DNA of 40,000 nucleotides from Chengkuizengella sp. SCS-71B (GTDB lineage Bacteria; Bacillota; Bacilli; Paenibacillales; KCTC-33759): NCBI RefSeq assembly GCF_040100845.1, contig NZ_JAZHSH010000001.1, positions 3,947,772 to 3,987,771 of the forward strand, read 5' to 3'. Shown piece by piece: positions 32,832 to 40,000 of this stretch (position 1 is its first letter; each line of letters starts with the position of its first letter). The notes under the pieces were generated by a model. It saw only the letters and a program-made list of their open reading frames with translations, ran no database searches and was not told where the DNA came from. The position numbers and the translations under genes were made by a program.

Positions 32832-33365
32832 CTAATAGCGCAATCTAACCGCGTCTACCCCAAATATCAGTACCGATAAGGTTTTACACGCTTCGTTGAT
32901 GTCGCGATATACTGTTCTAACGTCTATTAACTGACATTCAGCAATTTGTTCTGCTGTAAATTTTTCTTCTGAAATGTACATCATTTCAATAATTTTATAC
33001 CTTCGAATTTCTTCAGGTCTATTAGATTTTTCACATAGAACTTGATATATCCCAAGCATTTTTTTAATGAATTGGACAATGGTTAAAGTCCTCTGCTTAC
33101 TTCTCTTTATGGACTCTATGGCGATCTCTTCAGTGTAAAGCTCGTCTAACACTTGCATCTCTATTTCTTCAATCTCATCTTTCAAATCCTCACAATGCAA
33201 GAGAAATGATCGATAATTTTTTAATAACAGCTTAGTGTTTCGTAATCTGAAATCTTTCTTTACCTTTTGTTTTTTCTGTTCTTCTTTCTCCAAAAATTCT
33301 AATGCAGTCTCAATTGCAACTTTCGTAATTCTTTCAACCAGCTGTTCATTTTGATTTACTGTCAT
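32832..33365 (-). CDS. Putative late-gene transcriptional activator (RinA/ArpU/sigma-region-4-like)
   Basis: It sits at the RinA position, after the replication genes and before terS. It has LLLKNYRSF and a C-terminal HTH-like segment FTAEQIAECQLIDVRTVYRDINEACKTL. Confidence 0.5.
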   Translation of the reverse strand: MTVNQNEQLVERITKVAIETALEFLEKEEQKKQKVKKDFRLRNTKLLLKNYRSFLLHCEDLKDEIEEIEMQVLDELYTEEIAIESIKRSKQRTLTIVQFIKKMLGIYQVLCEKSNRPEEIRRYKIIEMMYISEEKFTAEQIAECQLIDVRTVYRDINEACKTLSVLIFGVDAVRLRY

Positions 33366-34048
33366 TCTCCCACCGCCTCTAGTAGTTTATTTAAATACCA
33401 CTGTGCTTTTTTAAGATCCTCCTTACCGTTTTTATGCTCGTGTCTAGTGCAGTATTTCAACACATTCCCTAAGCAGTAGCCTTTAAATTGTTCACCTGTT
33501 AGCTTTGCCTGCATAAAATCAATGGTTTCAATGCCCCCAGTGACATAATGATTTGGACGGTTAACTGGATCATTCTGTTTTTCAGTTCTTTCAACTTTTT
33601 CTTCCGGTTTACATTCTAGTTCATCCTTGCTCAGCTTATGGGTGTGCATTTGAATCATTGCCACTTCCTCATCCTTTGTCTCTCTGATCCCCCAGCTATC
33701 TAGAAGGCTATAGAATTTCTTTTGTGGGATATCTAAAGATTGAAAAATAGGAGTTCTTTTTTCACCGTTCAAACGTCTAGATAAATATTGCTCTTTCGTA
33801 ATGACCGCTGGGATTGGAGGGATCTTATTTTCTCTCTTTTGTTTCGTTTTATCCTTTTTATCCCACGATACTGTTGGTGGTTTCACATTATTTCCGTTGC
33901 TATCTCTCACCGATTCAACTTTAAGTTTGGCATATTTTTCACGCTCTTCTGATGTCATTTGTCTAGTTGTAACTGGACCTGCTCCAGTCCCTTTTAACTC
34001 GTTCTCTTTTTTTGGGATTGGTGTTCCTTCTCTTCTCACTTCTATCAC
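33362..34048 (-). CDS. DUF3310-domain phage protein
   Basis: The C-terminal NRPNHYVTGGIETIDFMQAKL…GYCLGNVLKYCTRHEHKNGKEDLKKAQWYLNKL is the DUF3310 signature. The N-terminal half is Lys-rich and low-complexity. Confidence 0.75.
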   Translation of the reverse strand: MIEVRREGTPIPKKENELKGTGAGPVTTRQMTSEEREKYAKLKVESVRDSNGNNVKPPTVSWDKKDKTKQKRENKIPPIPAVITKEQYLSRRLNGEKRTPIFQSLDIPQKKFYSLLDSWGIRETKDEEVAMIQMHTHKLSKDELECKPEEKVERTEKQNDPVNRPNHYVTGGIETIDFMQAKLTGEQFKGYCLGNVLKYCTRHEHKNGKEDLKKAQWYLNKLLEAVGE

Positions 34049-35415
34049 TCCTTCACTTTTTCAATTCTTGCTTTAACGGCTTCCATCAAGGCATCTTGTC
34101 CAGTAGCTTTTCCATCTAAAGCATTCATGACATCTTCATCCATCGTGCCTTCTGTTACCAAATGGTGAACCACTACACTCCGTTTCTGACCTTGGCGGTG
34201 TAATCTTGCATTTGCTTGTTGGTACAATTCCAAACTCCAATTCAGTCCAAACCAAACAATCAAATTCCCACCATCTTGTAAATTCAATCCGTGTCCTGCT
34301 GAAGCTGGATGAACAGCAAGCATTTGAATATTGCCATTGTTCCAATCCTCTATGTCATCTGATCCCTTTCCTAGAGTTCGGGTAAACTTAAATCTATCTT
34401 GGATCCGTTCCAGATCATGCTTGAAAGCATAAAATACTAAAATGGGATGTCCGTTAGCTGCTTCGATTATATCTTCTAGTGCATCGAGTTTGGCTTCATG
34501 AATCTCTTTTACACCTCGCGTCTCATCGTATACTGCACCATTTGCCATTTGTAAAAGTTTGTTTGATAGTACAGCTGCCGTATTGGCAACTACATCCCCA
34601 TCTGCAAAAGGTAAAAGTAAATCTCGTTCAAGCTTTTTATATTGTTTAGTTGATTCATCATTTAGTTTGATAGGAATGATTCTATCCATACGTTCTGGCA
34701 TATCTAGCCAATCCTCTGCACGCATACTGACAGCAATATCTGAAATCTTTTCATACACATTTTTCTCTGCTTCAGGTTTAGGCTTCCACTCATACACAAC
34801 ATGAGAATTGTTTTTGTCCCTTTGACCTGCGTTTAAATATCGATCACGAAATCTAGTAATGGTTTTACCCAACCTTTCTCCTTGATCAATTAAATACATC
34901 TGTGACCACAAATCCTCTAATCCATTTGGGGTAGGTGTTCCGGTTAATCCAATGACACGCTGCATCAAAGGTCGAACCCTTTTTAATGCTCTAAACCGTT
35001 GGGATTTACTATTTTTAAAACTAGATAGCTCATCGATTACAACTGTTTCAAATGGCCAATCTTTCCCCGTCATACTCACCAACCACGAGACATTTTCACG
35101 ATTCATTACATAGAGATCAGCATCTGCATTTAGCCCTCTCTCTCTTTGCATTCGACTACCAAGAATCTTAGAGATCCTCAAATGTTTCAAATGGTCCCAT
35201 TTTTGCGACTCACGGCTCCATGTATCATCTGCCACTCGAAGAGGTGCGATCACTAGAATTTTAGAAGCTTCAAAAGTATCAAACAACATTTGCTCTATGG
35301 CTGTTAGAGTGATCACTGTTTTGCCTAATCCCATCTCAAGCAGGAGGGCTATGGCTGATGTATCTAAAATTCTCTCGATGGCATATTCTTGATATTTGTG
35401 TGGTTTAAAATCCAT
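34045..35415 (-). CDS. SNF2-family DEAD/H helicase
   Basis: It has motif I LLEMGLGKT, motif II VIDELSSF, and C-terminal helicase motifs (HPASAGHGLNLQ, QANARLHRQGQ). Confidence 0.9.
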   Translation of the reverse strand: MDFKPHKYQEYAIERILDTSAIALLLEMGLGKTVITLTAIEQMLFDTFEASKILVIAPLRVADDTWSRESQKWDHLKHLRISKILGSRMQRERGLNADADLYVMNRENVSWLVSMTGKDWPFETVVIDELSSFKNSKSQRFRALKRVRPLMQRVIGLTGTPTPNGLEDLWSQMYLIDQGERLGKTITRFRDRYLNAGQRDKNNSHVVYEWKPKPEAEKNVYEKISDIAVSMRAEDWLDMPERMDRIIPIKLNDESTKQYKKLERDLLLPFADGDVVANTAAVLSNKLLQMANGAVYDETRGVKEIHEAKLDALEDIIEAANGHPILVFYAFKHDLERIQDRFKFTRTLGKGSDDIEDWNNGNIQMLAVHPASAGHGLNLQDGGNLIVWFGLNWSLELYQQANARLHRQGQKRSVVVHHLVTEGTMDEDVMNALDGKATGQDALMEAVKARIEKVKE

Positions 35416-35699
35416 TTCTGATGCTCCTCCACAAACTGTTTTATCTTTTCGACTGAATCAACTACATGTACTTTTGCATTTCGTTGCCCCAGTTCTTGTT
35501 TTCGTTTCAACTGTAGGGGTCCAAGTTTCTTGCCTGGTGCTTTCATTTCAACAAAAACGATTCTATTACCAGGAAAGATACATACACGGTCTGGTACACC
35601 TCTCAACCCAGGTGAAGTAAATTTCCAATACAACCCGCCGATGTTTTCAACTTCTTTTCTCAATCTCTGTTCAAGTCTTGATTCTCTCAACTCTATCAC
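35364..35699 (-). CDS. VRR-NUC domain nuclease
   Basis: GVPDRVCIFPGNRIVFVEMKAPGKKLGPLQ is the PD-(D/E)xK VRR-NUC core. Its 3' end overlaps the helicase start by 52 nt. Confidence 0.8.
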   Translation of the reverse strand: MIELRESRLEQRLRKEVENIGGLYWKFTSPGLRGVPDRVCIFPGNRIVFVEMKAPGKKLGPLQLKRKQELGQRNAKVHVVDSVEKIKQFVEEHQKWILNHTNIKNMPSREF

Positions 35700-35985
35700 C
35701 TACCATATTTTAGGTGTGACAGTTCGCACTAAAACCCCTATACGCGGGTATATATGCGTTAGCATACGTATTGCGTGTACTATTACTATCCTATTTATTA
35801 TTTATATATACCTATATATTTTACTGTCACTACTATCACAATTAACACTTAACTCTTGGTGCTATTGGTTTTTCAGTGTGACAGTAAAATCACTTTTAAT
35901 GCCACATTTACTGTCACTACTGTCACACACCTATAATTTTTAATGTCACATGCTGTAACGTTTTTTTATACTTAATGTCACACCT
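35700..35985. repeat. Iteron cluster flanking an AT-rich tract: putative phage replication origin
   Basis: The TGTCAC(A) core occurs at least 7 times in both orientations. Sites are 35714-35722 (inverted), ATTTTACTGTCACTACTATCACA at 35818-35840, 35874-35890 (inverted), ATTTACTGTCACTACTGTCACA at 35906-35927, 35944-35950 and 35976-35982. An AT-rich tract lies at about 35785-35822. Confidence 0.55.
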
Positions 35986-38329
35986 TTTCGAATGTGGTTT
36001 GGGTGCCGTATAGTTTAAATCGTGTTCTATTAGGCACCCTTTCCTGCCAGTCTTTTGCTCTTCTTAACGTGTCGTATATACTCCGTGCCTCCCAAACACT
36101 AAATTTAGCTGGATCATTTCCAAGGCACTCAGCCCATATTTCAGCTGCACACACCCGTTTTCTTTCAATATCACCAGTGGGCTGTTCTAGGTAGTTTCTA
36201 CGTGCGTAAACGTCCATCTGGTTCCAATTATCAGGTAAGGGTGTTTCAAGATAATCATGAATCATCCCTTCACGTGGATCACCTTCCATGTGGGCTTCTT
36301 GTATGCGTTCAGCTTCCAATGCAATTACTCTATCCAGCTTTAAATTTTCACCCCTCTCATACAGACTCAATGCTTCTGCCCATATTTGCCCTATGACTTC
36401 CTCACTTAATTTATCGAAATGATTCTTAGTTCGTTTTTCAGGGTTTATGGTCACTGGCCAAAACCGTCTATTCCCTGTGGTATCTTTTAAAAAGTTGTGA
36501 TTATTCGTTGTTCCAAAAAACACACACTTCCTTGGAAACTCCGAAACTTGACGGTCATAAGCCACTCTATATTTATCATTTTCTTTAGAAAGGAATTGTT
36601 TGATCTCTTCAACTTCAGCCTTTTTCATCGCTGCAAGCTCACCAATCTCAAAGATCCAAGAGCCCTGCAAGTGTTCTCCTGCTTCCTTATTGTCAAACGT
36701 CCGTAAACTATCACTGAACCACTGCCTACCCATCATAGCTAACAAACTACTTTTTCCTGCTCCTTGTGGTCCAACAAGCACCAACATATGGTCAAATTTA
36801 CAACCAGGTTCATACAATCGTTTTACAGCTGCTACAAACATTTTCCTTGTAACAGCTCGTACATAAGGTAAGTCATCGGCACCCAAATAATCAATAAACA
36901 ATGTATCTAATCGTTTAACCCCATCCCATAATTGTTCTTCCAAGTACTCTTTAATAGGATGAAAGGCGTTTTGATGAACGACCTCAGTAAAGGCGTTTTT
37001 AATGGTCTCAGCGGATTTGAATTTATAAACTTTACCAAAATAGTGCAATAATCTTCGATCATCCGCACCGAGCCATGGCTCATAATCAGCTTGTTGTCTC
37101 TCACGTTTTCGCCAAGGTAGTTCACTTTTAATGACTTCTGTATTTCCAAACGCGTCATAAGCTAATGCATTTTCAAACATTCCATGTGTCATTATCACTT
37201 CTGCATTTAAAGCATTGGATAAAACCATTTTAGGATTCTTTGGATGCATTTCTAACTTTGACATCCAATCCAGATCTGTCTCGTCTAACTCTTCTAAATC
37301 GCCAAATTCATCTGAAATTATTTCTCGTTTTACTTTTGAATCATTTGCTGCGAATTCCACCATAGCCATGTAACTTGGAAGTTTTGTAATGTTGGTTTTC
37401 TCACTGACACCTTCATCTAAATCCTTAAATTTGTTCAAGCGAACCAGATCAAAAGCGTTGACCTCTCGCCCACTAATGGGATCCGATTCATGATGAGAAT
37501 AAGCGAAAGTATCATGATCATAAACAACCACTCCACCATAAGAGGTTGAACCACTGTAGGTGTATCGGTCCTCTATTGTCGTTGGCTCATAAACTCCCTC
37601 CAAGAATGTCGCTATCGCTTCGCTTATGGAGTAGATCCTACAAAAAGCTCCAATGGCTCCATTCTTCTCACGTGGATCCTCCATCTTGCCACTGCTTGTC
37701 CTAAGATTTTTTTCATCTGGATGGCGTGGCCATTCAAAAGGATCACGCCAGTCGGTGTAATTTTGTAATACCTGGTCCACTTCTAAAGGTTCACCCGTTG
37801 ATTCTTCAAATACAAAAGGTGCATCTTTGGAACAACTAGGCATATACATCAATCGGTGAACATCAAAGGTTGTTTTATCAAAGTACTCAATTCCAATCTG
37901 TTCAGCTAACTTTCGAGATACAGCAGCATATTCATCTGGTGACATTTCTCGATCAACGGGAACCACCAATCGATACTTTTGTTTAGTTGGTCGATGACTG
38001 TGTGTGGAATAAATGACATAAGCAGATCCACCTAAAACTAGGTCACAGTCTAGTAGAAAATCATCATCGGCATGGTCGGCATCTAAAGTAATGATCCACC
38101 GACTATCGATGTTCTCTTTCTTCCTACGACCTTTTTTAATCAGACCGCCAACATATGCAGGACCATCTTTGATTTTTCCCTTTTGTGCATTGGTCATCTG
38201 ATCATATTCAGCCATCGTCTCTTCAGTTCTTCGGACATCACGTAGCTTCTCTACAAACTCTCCCCATTCCAAGTAATCAGGCTTCCAGTTTTTATCACTT
38301 CTATTTCTTCCGAATGAGATTTCAAGCAT
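35978..38329 (-). CDS. Primase-helicase (VirE / P4-alpha-like, D5-type ATPase)
   Basis: The VirE core is LVLVGPQGAGKSS…WIFEIGELAAMKKAEVEEIKQFLS…KYRVAYDR…FFGTTN…GNRRFWPV. A large N-terminal primase-like region is also present. Confidence 0.85.
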   Translation of the reverse strand: MLEISFGRNRSDKNWKPDYLEWGEFVEKLRDVRRTEETMAEYDQMTNAQKGKIKDGPAYVGGLIKKGRRKKENIDSRWIITLDADHADDDFLLDCDLVLGGSAYVIYSTHSHRPTKQKYRLVVPVDREMSPDEYAAVSRKLAEQIGIEYFDKTTFDVHRLMYMPSCSKDAPFVFEESTGEPLEVDQVLQNYTDWRDPFEWPRHPDEKNLRTSSGKMEDPREKNGAIGAFCRIYSISEAIATFLEGVYEPTTIEDRYTYSGSTSYGGVVVYDHDTFAYSHHESDPISGREVNAFDLVRLNKFKDLDEGVSEKTNITKLPSYMAMVEFAANDSKVKREIISDEFGDLEELDETDLDWMSKLEMHPKNPKMVLSNALNAEVIMTHGMFENALAYDAFGNTEVIKSELPWRKRERQQADYEPWLGADDRRLLHYFGKVYKFKSAETIKNAFTEVVHQNAFHPIKEYLEEQLWDGVKRLDTLFIDYLGADDLPYVRAVTRKMFVAAVKRLYEPGCKFDHMLVLVGPQGAGKSSLLAMMGRQWFSDSLRTFDNKEAGEHLQGSWIFEIGELAAMKKAEVEEIKQFLSKENDKYRVAYDRQVSEFPRKCVFFGTTNNHNFLKDTTGNRRFWPVTINPEKRTKNHFDKLSEEVIGQIWAEALSLYERGENLKLDRVIALEAERIQEAHMEGDPREGMIHDYLETPLPDNWNQMDVYARRNYLEQPTGDIERKRVCAAEIWAECLGNDPAKFSVWEARSIYDTLRRAKDWQERVPNRTRFKLYGTQTTFEKV

Positions 38330-38335
38330 TATGTG

Positions 38336-38818
38336 TCACCCCAAATTCACTTCTACGCCCATAATCTTTGCATCTTCTATATAGCAGGATAATTCCTTTT
38401 CATGATTTTGAATATCAGACTCCAATTTATCACTTTGGTCTGCTACCAGTAATGCTACCTGCTTAACACATGTTCTATAATGAGAAAACATTTGTATATC
38501 TTCTCTTTTTTGTTTAATCATTACTTGTAAATGGTCGATTTTATCCATTACGATTTGATGGGGTTCTGTGTGTCTAGGGAGTAACTGATTTGAGTGTCGT
38601 TGAATAGCTGCAGATAAAAGCAACCCTTTTAAATAAGGTATCCGTTTTTCATAAAAACGTATTTCATCCTTAGTACATGCAATTAAATATTTTGTCCCCT
38701 CCATCATCTGAGATCGTTTCAATCGCTTCTTTAGTTGAGGTATTTTAATAGTTTTTATGTGTGTGATCTCTTCTCGAATCTTCTTTGATCCTTCAAGTGT
38801 CAAAACCACCTTTAACAT
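38336..38818 (-). CDS. Hypothetical protein
   Basis: It is a 160-aa helical ORF packed tightly between the polymerase and primase genes. No motif was recognised. Confidence 0.45.
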   Translation of the reverse strand: MLKVVLTLEGSKKIREEITHIKTIKIPQLKKRLKRSQMMEGTKYLIACTKDEIRFYEKRIPYLKGLLLSAAIQRHSNQLLPRHTEPHQIVMDKIDHLQVMIKQKREDIQMFSHYRTCVKQVALLVADQSDKLESDIQNHEKELSCYIEDAKIMGVEVNLG

Positions 38819-38829
38819 TTCATTCCCTC

Positions 38830-40000
38830 CTAATCTTTCATATAGTAATTGGTTTCAAATCCGTCACCTCGAAGTGGTAATCCAGGAGCCCATTCTATCG
38901 GCTTCCCCATAATCTCCTCAATCTCTTCCATTGAGTTCAGTTCACACGGTTCATCAATTATTACCTCATCATGCACATGCATGACCATCTTATATCCATG
39001 AGCATCTAATCGAGTCATAGCTATAGCTAAACAATCTCTAGCCACAGCTTGAACTATATTCTCCACTAATTTCCCACCGTATGTGTCAAGTCGTTTCCAT
39101 TGTCCTTGATCTCCTACACCCTCATAAGTTAATTTTGGTCTATTAAATCGTTTATCCATTTCTATTCTTGGACTCACATAGGCTAGTCGTCTACCTGAAG
39201 GAAGTTTGATAAACATACCACCTGTGGCATAGCTGATGGCTAAACCATGTTGAAGCTTTACCGTTCTTTTCTCCTCAACTGCCTTAATCGCTGCATTTCC
39301 TACGTCGTACCAAAACTTCTTTATTGCCTGATTTGCATTTCTCCAAGCATTCACAAGTGACTGTAAATCTTCTTCAGGAATCCCCATATCTAATGCCCCC
39401 ATTTGAATTAATGCATTAGGACCCCCTTGATAACCAAGTGCCAATTCTGCAACTTTTCCTCTTTGCCTTAAATCTGAACCTTTATCAATAGATTCTATGG
39501 GAACCTTAAACATCTGAGCTGCCGATGCTTCATATATTTTCCCATGTGTATTAAAAACATCTAAACGCCACTGTTCTCCAGCAAGCCAAGCAATCACCCT
39601 AGCTTCAATGGCTGAGAAATCTGAAACAATAAACCTGTTACCCTCTGAGGGAATAAAGGTGGTTCTAATTAGTTGAGAAAGAATACTAGGTACGTTTCCA
39701 AATAGTATTTCTATCAACTCAAAATCACCATCTATCAGGAGCTGTCTTGCTAAATCAATGTCAGGAATTTTGTTTTTCGGAAGATTGTGAACTTGAACTA
39801 AGCGTCCTGCCCATCTGCCTGTTCGATTGGCACCATAAAATTGCAACAATCCTCTGACTCTACCATCCGAACATAAAGCCTTTTTCATGGTGATATATTT
39901 CTTAACTGAGGTTTTAGCCATCTCTTTCCTTAGCTCTAACACCCTGCGAACTTCTTCACTTTCTACTTCTTTTAAAAGTACTGGAACCGTCTCTTTGTTT
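38830..40000 (-). CDS. Family A DNA polymerase (PolA-like), C-terminal part; the gene continues past the right edge
   Basis: Motif A is SDFSAIEARV, motif B is RQRGKVAELALGYQGG, and motif C is HVHDEVII. The frame stays open upstream of the track start at 39942 through to base 40000. Confidence 0.9.
   Translation of the reverse strand, partial: NKETVPVLLKEVESEEVRRVLELRKEMAKTSVKKYITMKKALCSDGRVRGLLQFYGANRTGRWAGRLVQVHNLPKNKIPDIDLARQLLIDGDFELIEILFGNVPSILSQLIRTTFIPSEGNRFIVSDFSAIEARVIAWLAGEQWRLDVFNTHGKIYEASAAQMFKVPIESIDKGSDLRQRGKVAELALGYQGGPNALIQMGALDMGIPEEDLQSLVNAWRNANQAIKKFWYDVGNAAIKAVEEKRTVKLQHGLAISYATGGMFIKLPSGRRLAYVSPRIEMDKRFNRPKLTYEGVGDQGQWKRLDTYGGKLVENIVQAVARDCLAIAMTRLDAHGYKMVMHVHDEVIIDEPCELNSMEEIEEIMGKPIEWAPGLPLRGDGFETNYYMKD

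Noticed and set aside
35364-35415. 52-nt overlap between the VRR-NUC 3' end and the SNF2 helicase start, as a possible regulatory or frameshift feature
   Set aside because: No slippery sequence is present. The overlap is most simply a non-conserved C-terminal extension of the VRR-NUC ORF.
35700-35985. CRISPR-like array
   Set aside because: The repeats are 7-23 bp long, occur in both orientations and are irregularly spaced, and there are no cas genes. They fit iterons or operators instead.
4287-37158. Many 60-150-aa ORFs antisense to, or nested within, large genes
   Set aside because: Examples are 4287-4529, 5229-5450, 6483-6828, 8415-8714, 9119-9319, 11193-11465, 14331-14516, 15615-16403, 19886-20347, 20497-21281, 22211-22498, 22717-22908, 23701-23925, 30373-30564, 31305-32186, 33801-34076, 34136-34804, 35396-35943 and 35994-37158. 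Each lies entirely inside a well-supported gene on the other strand or in another frame. They show low-complexity or Cys/Phe/Ile-rich composition typical of antisense AT-rich DNA and have no ribosome-binding site.

Overview
The window is almost entirely one temperate phage or prophage of a low-GC Bacillus-type Firmicute. Nearly every gene is on the minus strand and tightly packed. No integrase, att site, tRNA, rRNA or CRISPR array was seen.

**Gene order, read right to left:**
- Replication module: family-A DNA polymerase (cut by the right edge), VirE-type primase-helicase, iteron-rich ori-like gap, VRR-NUC nuclease, SNF2 helicase, DUF3310 protein.
- Regulation and DNA modification: RinA/ArpU-like late activator, then a ParB-like protein with a C5 cytosine methyltransferase.
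- Packaging and head: TerS and PBSX-type TerL, SPP1-type portal, gp7-like head morphogenesis protein, GP20-type scaffold, E-type major capsid protein, connector proteins.
- PBSX/XkdK-X-like contractile tail and baseplate, with a 1548-aa fibre.
- Lysis cassette: BhlA-like protein, Amidase_2 endolysin, XhlB-like holin.

The left ~1.9 kb holds an XRE regulator, an SOS-box-controlled yolD-like/LexA-DBD-only bicistron, and two tiny transmembrane-peptide genes.

**Most unusual observations:**
1. A ~150-215 bp inverted repeat (about 96% identical over ~138 nt by manual alignment) brackets the lysis cassette. Each arm carries a hairpin, a leader and a tiny-TM peptide gene. There are three such paralogues, with identical TM-coding DNA and unrelated tails.
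2. Three secreted or lipoprotein cargo genes sit at normally invariant late-operon junctions (TerL|portal and chaperone|tape measure), and each is followed by an intrinsic terminator.
3. A compact three-hairpin element lies just upstream of the late operon. Its terminator polarity points to a ~100-nt plus-strand RNA.
4. A ParB-N/Zn-ribbon protein is paired with a Dcm-type methylase.
5. An A_AAA_AAC -1 frameshift site is present in the XkdN-like chaperone gene.

All homology calls come from motif recognition by eye. No database search was run.
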